This document shows, piece after piece, positions 48,358 through 58,806 of a DNA stretch of 64,000 bases. The notes under the pieces were generated by a model. The model was given only the letters and a program-made list of their open reading frames with translations, searched no databases and was not told the origin of the DNA. Source of the stretch: Nitrospirota bacterium (GTDB lineage Bacteria > Nitrospirota > JACRHJ01); contig CAVTDB010000026.1 of NCBI GenBank assembly GCA_963733375.1, positions 384,001-448,000 of the forward strand. Direction: 5' to 3'. Each line of letters starts with the position of its first letter. The stretch's first letter is position 1. Position numbers and translations under genes: made by a program.

Positions 48358-48726
48358 ATGTACGAACTGATGATCGAGACGAAATTCGCGGCCGCCCACC
48401 AGCTCCGGAACTACGGAGGCAGGTGCGAGAGGCTCCACGGCCACAACTGGAAAGTGGTCGTGTACGTAGTCGCGGAGAATTTAAACGAAATAGGACTGGC
48501 GATGGATTTCAAGGAGTTGAAAGACCATACCAACGACCTGCTTTCCTCCGTCGAGCATGCCTTTTTAAACGACGTCTTCCCGTTCACGGAGATTAACCCG
48601 TCATCCGAAAATATAGCGAAATGGATATACGACAGCTTATCCAAAAAAGTAAACACCGACAACGTGCAGGTGTCGATGGTGACCGTCTGGGAGTCTGACA
48701 CCGCCTCCGCCAACTACTATGAATAA
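48358..48726 (+). CDS. queD: 6-carboxy-5,6,7,8-tetrahydropterin synthase
   Basis: FAAAH, CERLHGHNW, NPSSENIA, WES. Confidence 0.93.
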   Translation: MYELMIETKFAAAHQLRNYGGRCERLHGHNWKVVVYVVAENLNEIGLAMDFKELKDHTNDLLSSVEHAFLNDVFPFTEINPSSENIAKWIYDSLSKKVNTDNVQVSMVTVWESDTASANYYE

Positions 48727-50083
48727 AATGGACATAGACGACAAAGCTATTTTAAATATTGCCGAAGACGCCGCGGAAATTCTGCGTGAAAAAAGCGTGG
48801 ACAGCTTCGACGTTTATGTGCGCTGGAGCTCTTCTATCAGCGCTGAAGCGAAGGAGCAGAAGCTGGATGCCTTCGAGCAGGCCCAGACCTGGGGCGTGGG
48901 GATAAGGGCGCTTCTGCCGGGAGGCCGGCTCGGTTTCGCATTCGCCACCGGCTCGCCCGAGGCCGTGCGCGAGGCGGCTTCGATGGCCGTCCAGAACGCG
49001 CGTAACTCGGAGCCGGACGATTCAAACACCATACCCCTCCCATCCCGTGATGCATTCCCGGAAATAATGGAATATGACGAAGATGTCGCCAAAGTCACCG
49101 CGGATGAGGCGATAGCCCGCGCGGTTGAACTGGAAAAGGCGGCCCTGGATTATGACCGCAGGATAACCAAGGTGCGCAAGGCTTCATCGTCATTCAGCGA
49201 ATCCCGCTGGGCCATACTCAGCTCGGAGGGCCTGAAGGCGCAGTCGCGCGGAACATGGCTTTCATGCGGGGTAATGACCGTCGCGGAAGAGGATAACGAC
49301 TCCCAGATGGGATACGGGTTCGATTACTCACGGCGGCTCTCCGGAATCGATTATTTATCTGCCGGGGCGGAGGCCGGAGAGAAGGCGGTCAGCCTTTTGA
49401 AGGCCAAGAAAGCGCCGACTGGAAATTTCCCGGTAATCCTGGAGAACGAGGTCGCGGCGGAATTCCTGGGGGTGCTTGCTTCGTCATTTTCAGGCGAGGC
49501 GCTTGTAAAGGGCCGATCGCTTCTGGCTGACAAGACCGGACAGAAAATATTTTCGGAAATCCTGAATATCTACGACGATGCCACCCTCCCCGGCGGGCTT
49601 TCCACCCGCCCGTTCGATGACGAGGGAGTCTATTCCAGAAGGATTCCTTTAGTGCAGAACGGCATGTTCCAGGGGTTCCTGCATAACTCTTATACCGCTA
49701 AAAGGACCGGTACCGCCTCCACGGGCAACGCGGTAAGGGCGGGTTTCCGCTCGGCCCCCGGCGTCAGCCCCACAAATTTATACATCGATAAGGGCGGCCT
49801 CGACAAGGAAAGCCTGATTGGCCGGGTGGACAAGGGGCTATTGGTCCGGGAAGTGCTGGGGATGCACACGGCGAACCCGATATCCGGCGATTTCTCCGTA
49901 GGCATCGCGGGGTTATGGATAGAAGGCGGGAAGGTTGCCTACCCTGTCCGTGAAGGCGCCATCGCCGGGAATCTCATCTCGATTTTTTCAGGTATCGATG
50001 CGGTAGGAAGCGATTTGCGGTTCGTCGGCAGGCTGGGCGCGCCGTCGCTACTGCTTAAGCCCATCTCCGTCAGCGGGAGCTGA
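48719..50083 (+). CDS. pmbA: TldE/PmbA family protein
   Basis: PFDDEG, STGNA.R, NPISGDFS, IAGNL; no HExxGH zinc motif. Confidence 0.88.
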   Translation: MNKMDIDDKAILNIAEDAAEILREKSVDSFDVYVRWSSSISAEAKEQKLDAFEQAQTWGVGIRALLPGGRLGFAFATGSPEAVREAASMAVQNARNSEPDDSNTIPLPSRDAFPEIMEYDEDVAKVTADEAIARAVELEKAALDYDRRITKVRKASSSFSESRWAILSSEGLKAQSRGTWLSCGVMTVAEEDNDSQMGYGFDYSRRLSGIDYLSAGAEAGEKAVSLLKAKKAPTGNFPVILENEVAAEFLGVLASSFSGEALVKGRSLLADKTGQKIFSEILNIYDDATLPGGLSTRPFDDEGVYSRRIPLVQNGMFQGFLHNSYTAKRTGTASTGNAVRAGFRSAPGVSPTNLYIDKGGLDKESLIGRVDKGLLVREVLGMHTANPISGDFSVGIAGLWIEGGKVAYPVREGAIAGNLISIFSGIDAVGSDLRFVGRLGAPSLLLKPISVSGS

Positions 50084-51340
50084 TTTTCTCGTAGAGTTCT
50101 TCATCCGCGCCAACACCTGCGCCTTCCCGTCTTTGAATGCCGCCCATACGCGCTCTCTGCGGAAATAAAGCGTAATTATCGACCCGAACATGACGATGCA
50201 GGAGGCGATAAGGGCGATCAGGGCGCTCGGGTCGCGGTTAATGTCGAAGGTGATGTATGAAAACGTATCAAGGTCCGCGAACTTGACATCCACGTCAGGG
50301 TCCCGAAGCGTATTACTCTCCGGCATCCTCAGGAAAATCCAGCCGGAGCTTCTTGGTTTTCCGTTCTCCATCACGGTCAGCATGAGCGCCGGGTTCGCCA
50401 GGTCATCCGATTGAGAATAGGGCACACCATTTTCGTCCACCGCAAAATCATTTATGAAACGGTCGATGCGAAGCCCGTACGGAGTCCCCTGGAGTTCGGC
50501 GTAATAGGCTCCTTTTGGAATTTTTAAGTACCCGCCGGTCTTGAAGGATTTCAGCGATACCTGAAGGATGATGCCTTTAAAATCCTGCCCCAACTCACGC
50601 TGGTATATCGCCCCGCCGCCCGCGAACATCGGCCTGTTCGCTCCGGCGAAGCCATTTTTTATCACGCTGCCGTCGTCCTTTAATGCGGTCAGTTCGCTTC
50701 CGTAGTCCTTGAGGCTTCCGTCACTGCGATAATCCATGCGCACCTTGTCCAGCCGGATATAATAATCTCCTTCCGGGGCCTTCACCGTCTCTCCCTCGTT
50801 TATCCTGATGCCGGAATGCCTGTACCCCGTCAGGCCGCTCACCAGATGCGCTACCAGAAACAGCAGTACGCCTGCATGCACGACATACGGGATAAACGGG
50901 AGCCAGCGGTTCTTTTCCGCGAAAAGGAGGTTGTCTTTGGCGAAGACTTTATACCTTTCCTTCGAAAGCATTGCCGATAACGCCGCCTCCGAAAGCTCCA
51001 CCGCGATTCCTTTTTCTCCGCCCGTCTCGATTTCACGGAGGTTGGATAGCGGCTCCTTGTATCTTTTTATGACCTTGGGCAGGCGCAGGACGGTGCAGGC
51101 GAAGGTGTTTATTCCGAAAAGTATTGCGATGAAGACCAGCAGGAAGAGCCACCAGGACTGGGAGAGGTGTTGAAGACCCACGGAAAAAAGAAACGGGAAG
51201 AACAGATGCATATCCATATCCCCGTAAATCTGGGGATGGAGATATATAACGAAGGAGCCGTACATGGCGACGGCGGTCATCGCCAGCACGAGGTAGACCG
51301 TGAGCTTAAGCGAGTTAAAGAATTCCCATAGCTTACTCAA
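50048..51340 (-). CDS. ccsB: Cytochrome c biogenesis protein ResB/CcsB (probable frameshift near the C-terminus)
   Basis: SLKLTV.L, SWW, N..ACT..R, TM His (VHAG), C-terminal DP + TM + RVW. Confidence 0.85.
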   Translation of the reverse strand: MSKLWEFFNSLKLTVYLVLAMTAVAMYGSFVIYLHPQIYGDMDMHLFFPFLFSVGLQHLSQSWWLFLLVFIAILFGINTFACTVLRLPKVIKRYKEPLSNLREIETGGEKGIAVELSEAALSAMLSKERYKVFAKDNLLFAEKNRWLPFIPYVVHAGVLLFLVAHLVSGLTGYRHSGIRINEGETVKAPEGDYYIRLDKVRMDYRSDGSLKDYGSELTALKDDGSVIKNGFAGANRPMFAGGGAIYQRELGQDFKGIILQVSLKSFKTGGYLKIPKGAYYAELQGTPYGLRIDRFINDFAVDENGVPYSQSDDLANPALMLTVMENGKPRSSGWIFLRMPESNTLRDPDVDVKFADLDTFSYITFDINRDPSALIALIASCIVMFGSIITLYFRRERVWAAFKDGKAQVLARMKNSTRKSAPADGDGLKQ

Positions 51341-51352
51341 AGACCGCGCCCC

Positions 51353-52132
51353 TTAAAGCTGGTGAGTGTTCTTCATGAAAATGCCCACGCCGATGTATGT
51401 GAACATGGTGATGGCGAACCCCAGGATGGAAAGCCATGCGACCCCCCTGCCCCGGAGTTTCTTTACGTAAAAGGAGTGCAGGAAACCGGCATAAAAAATC
51501 CATATAAGGAACGACCACATCTCCTTCACCTTCCAGAGCCAGTAGGTCCCCCAGGCGAGGTATGCCCAGATGCCGCCTATTACCATGGATATAGTGAACA
51601 GGATGTAGCCGTAGTAAGCCGTGCGGAAGATAAGTTTTTCCAGCCGTCTTCCGGCCTCCGCCTTCGAGACGAGGTAGAGCACCGCGCCAGCGAACGAAGC
51701 CCCGAAAAAAGCATATCCCACGAAAGCCGAACCGACATGGGTGGAGAACATCCAGGTATCGAGGGCGGGATACAGAGGCGTAATCTCGCTGGGAGAAATG
51801 CGTACCAGGACCATCACCAGCGAAGCTAAGGGGAGGAGAAAATACCCGACGCGGAACTCCTTATAGCGGATTCTGACATACCAGTAAACGAAGCCGATGG
51901 ACCACGCAAAGGAGGCAAGGGATTCATACCTGTTGGCCATCGGCGCATGGCCGGACTTTATACTGCGGGCGGCAAGCGATACAGTCATCGCCAACAGGTA
52001 CAAAAACGCCAGCGCCTCGGCAACCAGAAGGACCGGCTTCTTTGCCATAGCCAGCCGTAACAGGAATGCCAGCGCCGCGCCTATTGATAACCACAGGGCC
52101 GCCTCCCGCGCGAATGGCTCAAGGTCAAACAT
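51353..52132 (-). CDS. ccsA: Cytochrome c biogenesis protein CcsA/ResC (variant WWD motif)
   Basis: GHAPMANRYES, PAL..W...HV, GGIWAYLAWGTYWLWKVKEMW, LH, C-terminal H. Confidence 0.88.
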   Translation of the reverse strand: MFDLEPFAREAALWLSIGAALAFLLRLAMAKKPVLLVAEALAFLYLLAMTVSLAARSIKSGHAPMANRYESLASFAWSIGFVYWYVRIRYKEFRVGYFLLPLASLVMVLVRISPSEITPLYPALDTWMFSTHVGSAFVGYAFFGASFAGAVLYLVSKAEAGRRLEKLIFRTAYYGYILFTISMVIGGIWAYLAWGTYWLWKVKEMWSFLIWIFYAGFLHSFYVKKLRGRGVAWLSILGFAITMFTYIGVGIFMKNTHQL

Positions 52133-52190
52133 GCGCTTCCATGAAAGTCCCTTGAATGATTGATTCAGCAATTGATTTTGACCTTGGAAA

Positions 52191-52219
52191 ATATTAATAC
52201 AGAAGGGGAAATTATTCAA
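52191..52219 (-). promoter_or_regulatory. Sigma70-type promoter of ccsA-ccsB
   Basis: TTGAAT-17-TAATAT. Confidence 0.55.
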
Positions 52220-52230
52220 GAGAAAACGAG

Positions 52231-54453
52231 TCAGGCGCGCCTTAAGCGAAGAGAGTTGGTGACGACGGAAACGGATGACAGCGCCATCGCGGCGGCGGCC
52301 ATTACGGGTTTTAAGAGGATGCCGAAGAACGGGTACAACGCTCCCGCAGCCATGGGGATTCCGACGGTATTATAGAAAAACGCCCAGAAAAGGTTCTGCT
52401 TTATCGTCCTTAGCGTCTTCCGGCTGATCTCCAGCGCATCCGCCGCCTTGGTCAGTTCCGGCCGAATCAGCATTATGTCGGAGGCCTCTATGGCGACATC
52501 CGTCCCTGTCCCGACCGCAATGCCTATGTCCGCACGGGCCAGGGCGGGCGCGTCGTTTATGCCGTCCCCCACCATCGCGACTATTTTCCCCTGCGCCTGG
52601 AGCTCCGCCACAGCCTTTTCTTTCCCGTCCGGAAGCACTCCCCATATTACCTTTTCGATGCCTACCTTGCGCGCCACCGCCCGCGCCGCAAGTTCCGTGT
52701 CTCCCGTCAGCATTATCACATCCAGCCCCAGGGCCTTTAACCTCCGGACCCCATCCGCGGAGCCTTCCTTTATGCCGTCGGCGATTGCGATCAGTCCGAC
52801 GGGCTTTCCATTTTTTGCGACAAATATGGAAGTATACCCTTCCTGGGCAAAACCGGCCTCGGCGTTCTCGAACCTCCCCGTTTTCACCCCGCGCTCTGCC
52901 ATCAGACGGGCATTTCCGATGAGAATATCATCATTGCCGACTTTCGCGCGCGCGCCGTAACCCGGTAGTGCTTCAAATCCTTCCGCCTTCGATACCGCCA
53001 GCTTTTCCTCGCGCGCCTTCTCCGTGACCGCCAGCGCCACGGGGTGCTCGGAATAATTTTCTACCGACGCGGCCAGGGCAAGAAAATCTTCATCCCCCTC
53101 CCCCAGCTTCTCAATCGCCATCACTCTCGGCTTGCCCTCAGTAACCGTCCCGGTCTTATCCAGCACAATGACATCCGCCTTTGCAAACCGCTCCAGCACG
53201 TCTCCGCCCCGGAATATTATACCCTTCTCCGCGGCCCTTCCGGTCCCGACCATTATCGCGGTGGGGGTGGCAAGCCCCATTGCGCACGGGCATGCGATAA
53301 TAAGCACCGCAATAAAAGCCAGCAGGGCGAAGGTAAACCCCGCCCCGGCGGCAAGCCAGGCTCCAAAGGATATGAATGCGGCTACAATGACCGCCGGAAC
53401 AAAATAGGCCGCCACCTTATCCGCCAGCCTCTGTATCGGCGCTTTAGCGCCCTGGGCCTCCTCCACCAGTTTTATTATCCCTGCCAATACCGTATCTTTT
53501 CCTACCTTTTCGGCCTTAAACCTGAAGCTTCCCGTTAAGTTTAACGTCCCGCCAAACACGCTGTCGCCGTCACTCTTTTCGGCGGGCAGGTTCTCGCCGG
53601 TAAGCATGGACTCGTCCAGGGACGAGAAGCCGGAAATAACAGTCCCATCCACGGGCACTTTTTCGCCTGGACGAACCACAACCTCGTCGCCCGGCATCAC
53701 GTCTTCCGCGGATACCTCAACTTCACGCCCGTCCCGCATAACTCGCGCCGTTCGCGGGGAAAGCTTCATCATCCGTTTCACCGCCTCGGACGCCCTGCCC
53801 CGGGAACGCGCTTCAAGGAACTTCCCGATCAGGATAAGGGCTATTATCATCGCGGAGGTATCGTAATACACGGCGTCGCCATATTCAGCGAAAGCGGCCG
53901 GGAAGAAGGTGATAACGGCGCTGTAGAAATAGGCCGCGGACGTGCCGGTCGCTATCAGGACGTCCATATTGGCGCTCCCGTGGGAGAGGGTGCTCCACGC
54001 GCCCTTGTAGAACCTCCAGCCTGCCCAGAACTGCACGGGCGTTGCCAGCGCGAAAAGGATGAGGTTCAGGACGGGGTGCGATACGGGCAGCGCATATGCC
54101 CCGTGGAAAGACGCGGCCATGATTATGGCGCTTAAGGCAATGCTGACTATGACCTTGATCTTCAGCTCGTGAAGTCCTTCTTCCTCCCTTGCTTCTTTAA
54201 CTTCGGGGGCGGCCTCCTCTTTCTCAAGGACCTGGTATCCCGCTTTTACAACCGCTTCCTTTAATTCATTTTCGGATATCTCGCCCGGCACATATTCGAC
54301 CCGTGCCGTTTCCGCCGCTAAATTCACATTTGCCTTAATCACCCCCGGCCGCTTCTTGAGCGCCCTTTCCACCGCCGCGGAACAGGAGGCGCAAGTCATG
54401 CCGCCTATGTTTATCGTGCTTACGGCATCCGCTTTTTTATCATTTTCCGACAT
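52231..54453 (-). CDS. copA: Cu(I)-translocating P1B-1 ATPase
   Basis: GMTCASC, CPC, DKTGT, SEHP, GDGIND, YN and MxxSS signatures. Confidence 0.93.
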   Translation of the reverse strand: MSENDKKADAVSTINIGGMTCASCSAAVERALKKRPGVIKANVNLAAETARVEYVPGEISENELKEAVVKAGYQVLEKEEAAPEVKEAREEEGLHELKIKVIVSIALSAIIMAASFHGAYALPVSHPVLNLILFALATPVQFWAGWRFYKGAWSTLSHGSANMDVLIATGTSAAYFYSAVITFFPAAFAEYGDAVYYDTSAMIIALILIGKFLEARSRGRASEAVKRMMKLSPRTARVMRDGREVEVSAEDVMPGDEVVVRPGEKVPVDGTVISGFSSLDESMLTGENLPAEKSDGDSVFGGTLNLTGSFRFKAEKVGKDTVLAGIIKLVEEAQGAKAPIQRLADKVAAYFVPAVIVAAFISFGAWLAAGAGFTFALLAFIAVLIIACPCAMGLATPTAIMVGTGRAAEKGIIFRGGDVLERFAKADVIVLDKTGTVTEGKPRVMAIEKLGEGDEDFLALAASVENYSEHPVALAVTEKAREEKLAVSKAEGFEALPGYGARAKVGNDDILIGNARLMAERGVKTGRFENAEAGFAQEGYTSIFVAKNGKPVGLIAIADGIKEGSADGVRRLKALGLDVIMLTGDTELAARAVARKVGIEKVIWGVLPDGKEKAVAELQAQGKIVAMVGDGINDAPALARADIGIAVGTGTDVAIEASDIMLIRPELTKAADALEISRKTLRTIKQNLFWAFFYNTVGIPMAAGALYPFFGILLKPVMAAAAMALSSVSVVTNSLRLRRA

Positions 54454-54459
54454 AATTTT

Positions 54460-54488
54460 ATTGTAATCATTCCACTTCGCCAGAGCAA
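54460..54488 (-). promoter_or_regulatory. Promoter of copA, probably leaderless
   Basis: TTGCTC-17-TACAAT then 6 nt to the ATG, no SD. Confidence 0.6.
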
Positions 54489-54489
54489 T

Positions 54490-54515
54490 AAAAAAAGGGG
54501 CCCTGGAAGGCCCCT
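54490..54515 (-). terminator. Intrinsic terminator after the ytxH-like gene
   Basis: Minus strand AGGGGCCT-TCCA-GGGCCCCT followed by a T tract. Confidence 0.85.
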
Positions 54516-54538
54516 GATTTAAGATTATTTTTCAGGTT

Positions 54539-54856
54539 TTATTTCAAGTGGGACATGAGACGGGATTTTTCCTCTTCCATCGCCTTTTTACCGGCTTCTA
54601 CCGCACTCTGGAGTACCGGTTTTTTCTCTTCTATATATTCCCGTCCGCGGCTTAAGGTATCGGCGATTTTAAGCTTCGCGCTCTGGCCCGCTGTCACGAT
54701 TCTCTCTTTGGCGTCGCCCGCCATTTCGCCTATCTTCTCCCTGGTCTCGCGTCCCGACTGCGGTGCCGTAAGAAGCGCGACTCCGGCGCCGACTATCCCG
54801 CCTACAAGGAAAGAAAGAACGATAGAGCCCGTGGAAAAATTCTTCTCTTCGTACAT
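54539..54856 (-). CDS. YtxH-domain protein
   Basis: FLVGGIVGAGVALLTAPQSGRETR. Confidence 0.9.
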   Translation of the reverse strand: MYEEKNFSTGSIVLSFLVGGIVGAGVALLTAPQSGRETREKIGEMAGDAKERIVTAGQSAKLKIADTLSRGREYIEEKKPVLQSAVEAGKKAMEEEKSRLMSHLK

Positions 54857-55269
54857 TACGCGACCTCCTTTTTTTTCCGTAACCTGATGTTTTCGACTAA
54901 TGTCTGTACCCCGGCCTTTATACCTACGAGGTACGCCGCCGCATCGATCAACGACCCCCTTATCTTCTCATCGACTATGTCGTTTATCCCGTCTACCGTG
55001 CCGGTTAGCGCTTCCACCGTCTCCTCGACTTTTTCAACTCCCGACTTGGCGATTGCGACTACTTCGTTCACCTCGTCAACCACATTTCTGACCGAACTTA
55101 CTAACGGCAATATCTCCGTGTTTATCAAGGTCTTGACTGACGTGTTAAGGTCATTAAGAGTGGATTCCACCGATTTCAGCGTCCGCATAAGCTGGAATAT
55201 CGCCGGTATAAGCGCCAGGGCTGCGACCGCGAACGCGATGGCTATTATTAAAACCGCCACTGGAATCAT
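54856..55269 (-). CDS. DUF948 (YtxG-like) protein
   Basis: N-terminal TM plus coiled coil; adjacent to ytxH. Confidence 0.75.
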   Translation of the reverse strand: MIPVAVLIIAIAFAVAALALIPAIFQLMRTLKSVESTLNDLNTSVKTLINTEILPLVSSVRNVVDEVNEVVAIAKSGVEKVEETVEALTGTVDGINDIVDEKIRGSLIDAAAYLVGIKAGVQTLVENIRLRKKKEVA

Positions 55270-55298
55270 TCAACCCCTCCCTTACTTTTAAATATACC

Positions 55299-55739
55299 TT
55301 AAACGGGCCGTATTAACAAGACGGCGCAGTGCGCTCTCCTGGCCACTGATTCGGCTACGCTTCCCAGTAGAAGCCTGTTTAAGCCCCTTCTGCCGTGCGT
55401 GCCCATGACTATGAGGTCCACCCCCCTTTCCTTTGCCACGCTTATAATCTCGTCGTGCACGTCCCCTTCCTTCACCAGCATTTCCGGCTGGATTCCGTGC
55501 AACGCGGCTTTTTGCTTCAGGGTAGTCATCAGCTTGTCTGCATGCTCCTGGAAAGCCTCTCGCATCGCCTCAACGTTCGCCATCGCGGCTTCAGGATCGG
55601 GAATGGTCAAAATGGTGATGTCCAGGGCATAAAGGAGCGTCACCTTTGAGCCCAGTTTGGATGCAAGGAGAAAACCCTGCTCTGCGGCGAGGTTGGATAC
55701 CTCGCTCCCGTCCACGGGGATTAAGATATTTTCGTACAT
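55299..55739 (-). CDS. Universal stress protein
   Basis: ILIPVDGS, DLIVMGTHGR, LLGSVAE. Confidence 0.93.
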   Translation of the reverse strand: MYENILIPVDGSEVSNLAAEQGFLLASKLGSKVTLLYALDITILTIPDPEAAMANVEAMREAFQEHADKLMTTLKQKAALHGIQPEMLVKEGDVHDEIISVAKERGVDLIVMGTHGRRGLNRLLLGSVAESVARRAHCAVLLIRPV

Positions 55740-55745
55740 TATAAA

Positions 55746-55774
55746 TTTATAGCAGATGGACGGTATTTAGTAAA
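55746..55774 (-). promoter_or_regulatory. Promoter of usp, probably leaderless
   Basis: TTTACT-17-TATAAA (TG extended) then 6 nt to the ATG. Confidence 0.5.
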
Positions 55775-55818
55775 GAAAACCCCTTTTGATGTTATATTTA
55801 AAAAGAGGAGGGGGAGTT

Positions 55819-56265
55819 ATGCCGCACTTCGGACTGATAGACGAATACAAGATGCAGCCGCACGAGGCCGCGCTCATGCGCGCAAGGCTCCATATTCGGA
55901 GCGGCATGAGAAGGCTGCGCCAGGGCATGCTGAAAGAAGGTCTTTTCACACTTTATGATGCGCTCTATTCCGGGATGAGGTTCTATATTCTTTCACCCGA
56001 CAATAAGGACAGGTTCGACGGCGCGGACGGCATTCAGCGGACGGAGGAGATGGCTTTATATGAAATGCTCCGGCACGCGGGAGTGGTGGACGGCTCTTTC
56101 GATTTCGAGTCGTTTTTTGCTTTAATGGAGAAGTTAATAGACGGGGCCGATGTTGAAATCAACAGCGCGGAAGCGCTGAAAGGCTATGACAAGCTAATGA
56201 CCCAGCTCGGCGTCATGCCGTTCGACGAATCGGCCCTTCCGCCGGAGGACCCGACGAAGCCTTGA
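55819..56265 (+). CDS. Hypothetical helical protein
   Basis: Strong SD (GAGGAGG) before ATG 55819; intact ORF, divergent from usp. Confidence 0.7.
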   Translation: MPHFGLIDEYKMQPHEAALMRARLHIRSGMRRLRQGMLKEGLFTLYDALYSGMRFYILSPDNKDRFDGADGIQRTEEMALYEMLRHAGVVDGSFDFESFFALMEKLIDGADVEINSAEALKGYDKLMTQLGVMPFDESALPPEDPTKP

Positions 56266-56292
56266 TTATATTTATTTAAGAGCGGAGGTTTT

Positions 56293-57151
56293 TTAGCGTG
56301 TTCGACGCGGGACTGCCCCTTGATTGTCTTTAGTAAAAAGGATGCCGCTTACGACCTCGCCATGCTTGCCAAAGGGCCCCGTCTTCTTGCCGTTCAATTC
56401 GGCGGTCACTCCGCCTGCGTTTCCCAGGGTCAGGACAATCTCGTCGTCCGCCTTTATCTCGATGGTCTTCCCCTTTTTTAAAGTCCCGCTCATCCTTCTG
56501 GACTTGTCCGCGCTGTAGGAGTAGTAGCTATCCGAAGTCGCGAAAAGCTTCAGTAAAAGCGGGCCTGACTTTTGTACTGGCTTCTGCGCCTGCGGTGCGG
56601 CGGCGGTATGCGGCTTAAAAGCAGTCGCATTTTTTAAGGCGGTAGTAGACGGCTTCTGTACCGGCGGGGCGGGGACTTTCCTGATGGCCGCGGGCAGGGA
56701 AGGAGGCTGTACTTCCAGCGGCTTCACCTTGGGAGTCAGCAGGAGCATTATCCCCGTTATAGCCGCACCAAGGATGATTCCGCCAATGATTATCAGATAA
56801 ATTGGATTTTTTTTCTTACCAGGCTTTTCCGCCGGATTCCTTCTGCGGGATATGCTTATAAGAGAAGGCTTCGGATGGTGCTGTACCTCTCCGCCCTCAG
56901 GCAGTCGGCACCTCTTTCGGCGGGAAAAGCTCCCTGTACCGTGCCATTACATCCTTGACGTTCAGGCCCAGTTCTTTCGAATAAGTCCGCAGGAAGCCGA
57001 TTACGAAGACCTCGCCGGGAATAACGGAATAGTCGTCTTCTTCAAGCGCCTTAAGGAAGGTGTGGCTTATCCTCGTCTTTTCAGCGATCTCGGTGAGGGA
57101 AAGACCTTGCGCCTCCCTCGCCGCTTTGAGTTCTTCACCGATAGTAGGCAT
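56293..57151 (-). CDS. rodZ: RodZ-like HTH / DUF4115 protein (frameshift near 56900)
   Basis: IGEELKAARE...LKALEE...GFLRTY; TM segment; LGNAGGV...NG. Confidence 0.85.
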
Positions 57152-57895
57152 TTATTTCAATAGGTCCAGATATTTATCCGCCTGCGCCGCAAGGTCGGTA
57201 TTGGGCGCCAACTGTTTTGCTTTTTCCAGGCTTTCCTGCGCCGCCGCGTTTTTGCCCTGCTTAAAGTATATCAACCCGAGTTCGAAATACGGCTGGGGGC
57301 TTTTCGGCGCGGCTTCGATGGTCTTCTTATAAAATTTTTCCGCCTCATCCGCCTTGTTCATCTTGTTATACTGGTCGGCAAGGCTATACATTGCGGCCAC
57401 GTTATCAGGCGCCGCCAGCAGTGCTTCCCGGAAAGACTTTGCCGCGGCTTCGTGGTCGCCGATGGTGTCATAGACATATCCCAGGTTGACCAGCGCCTGG
57501 TCCTTCGTCGGGTAAACCGGGTTATCTATCGCCTTCCGGATTTCCTTTATCGCGTCAGGATAATCCTTCTTCTGCGCGTATGTGAGCCCCAGATTATGGT
57601 GGCCGTCTCCAAAATCAGGATCGATAGATACCGTCGTTTTGAACTCGTCCAAGGCCTTATCGAAGTTCTTTTCCCTGTAATAGATTATCCCCGCCGCGAA
57701 ATGCGCGTCCAGGTTTTTGGGGTTCTCCGCTATCGCCATGTTGAATTCATAGAGCGCGGACTCGTCGTTTCCAGACTCCATCCGGTTCAACCCGTTCTTG
57801 TAGTGCGACAGGGATTGCTGGACTTTAGTCGGACCAGTCGCACAGGCGGGTAGGAATAGTGCGGCGGCCAGGACAAGAAATAGCCGGTTTTTCAT
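57152..57895 (-). CDS. TPR lipoprotein, PilF/PilW-like
   Basis: Lipobox LPAC, TPRs, A..NP.Y motif; upstream of rodZ. Confidence 0.8.
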   Translation of the reverse strand: MKNRLFLVLAAALFLPACATGPTKVQQSLSHYKNGLNRMESGNDESALYEFNMAIAENPKNLDAHFAAGIIYYREKNFDKALDEFKTTVSIDPDFGDGHHNLGLTYAQKKDYPDAIKEIRKAIDNPVYPTKDQALVNLGYVYDTIGDHEAAAKSFREALLAAPDNVAAMYSLADQYNKMNKADEAEKFYKKTIEAAPKSPQPYFELGLIYFKQGKNAAAQESLEKAKQLAPNTDLAAQADKYLDLLK

Positions 57896-58803
57896 CCTAT
57901 ATCCTCAAAAGATGTTATTTTTCTGAACTCGCGATAGCGCCCTTCTATTTCCTTATAGTCAAGGCTTTTCATCCTGTTCAGGCTGAAGTCCTCCACATTG
58001 AAGGAGGCCATTACGCTTCCGAAGATTATGGCCTGCCGAAGCGACGCCTCGTCGAAATTCCTCACGTTATCCAGATAACCCATGAACCCGCCAGCGAAGC
58101 TGTCTCCGGCTCCGGTGGGATCGAAAACCGCCTCCAACGGATATGCGGGAGCGGAGAATACCCCTCCGGAGTTGAACATCACCGAGCCGTACTCGCCCCT
58201 CTTCACGATAAGGGTTTTCGGTCCCATCGCCTGTATCGCCCGCGCCGCCTTCACCAGGTTCGGCTCGCCGGCAAGTTCCCTCGCCTCGGCTTCGTTTATC
58301 AGCAGGATATCCACCTCGGCCAGGGTCTTTATAAGTTCGTCCCTTTTCCCGCCAATCCAGAAGTTCATGGTATCGCAGGCTACCAGCTTCGGCTTGTCTA
58401 TCTGGTGGAGCACTTCTCTCTGGAGGACCGGGTCTATGTTCGCCAGGAATACGACTTCAGATGAGCGGTAGGCGTCCGGGATTTTCGGTTTAAAACTTTC
58501 GAACACGTTCAGCTGGGTATCAAGCGTCCTGGCCTCGTTTAAATCAAAACCGTACTCGCCCTTCCACCGGAAGGTCTGGCCTTTGGACTTCTGGAGGCCG
58601 GAAACGTCGATGTTCCTGCTTTTCAGGAAGTTGACGTGTTTATCCGGGAAATCATCGCCCACCACCGCCACCAGCTTCACGGAAGTGAAATAGCTGGCCG
58701 CCGTGGAGAAATAGGTCGCGGAGCCTCCCAGGACTTCGTCTGCCGCCCCGAACGGGGTCTTGACGCTGTCGAACGCTATGGAACCAACCACTAGAAGGCT
58801 CAC
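57892..58803 (-). CDS. PfkB-family carbohydrate/nucleoside kinase
   Basis: GGSA, NEAEA, DPTGAGDSF. Confidence 0.9.
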   Translation of the reverse strand: MSLLVVGSIAFDSVKTPFGAADEVLGGSATYFSTAASYFTSVKLVAVVGDDFPDKHVNFLKSRNIDVSGLQKSKGQTFRWKGEYGFDLNEARTLDTQLNVFESFKPKIPDAYRSSEVVFLANIDPVLQREVLHQIDKPKLVACDTMNFWIGGKRDELIKTLAEVDILLINEAEARELAGEPNLVKAARAIQAMGPKTLIVKRGEYGSVMFNSGGVFSAPAYPLEAVFDPTGAGDSFAGGFMGYLDNVRNFDEASLRQAIIFGSVMASFNVEDFSLNRMKSLDYKEIEGRYREFRKITSFEDIG

Positions 58804-58806
58804 CCC

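Noticed and set aside
48719-50083. PmbA without TldD as a RiPP maturation locus
   Set aside because: No precursor peptide or modification enzymes nearby; tldD is often unlinked.
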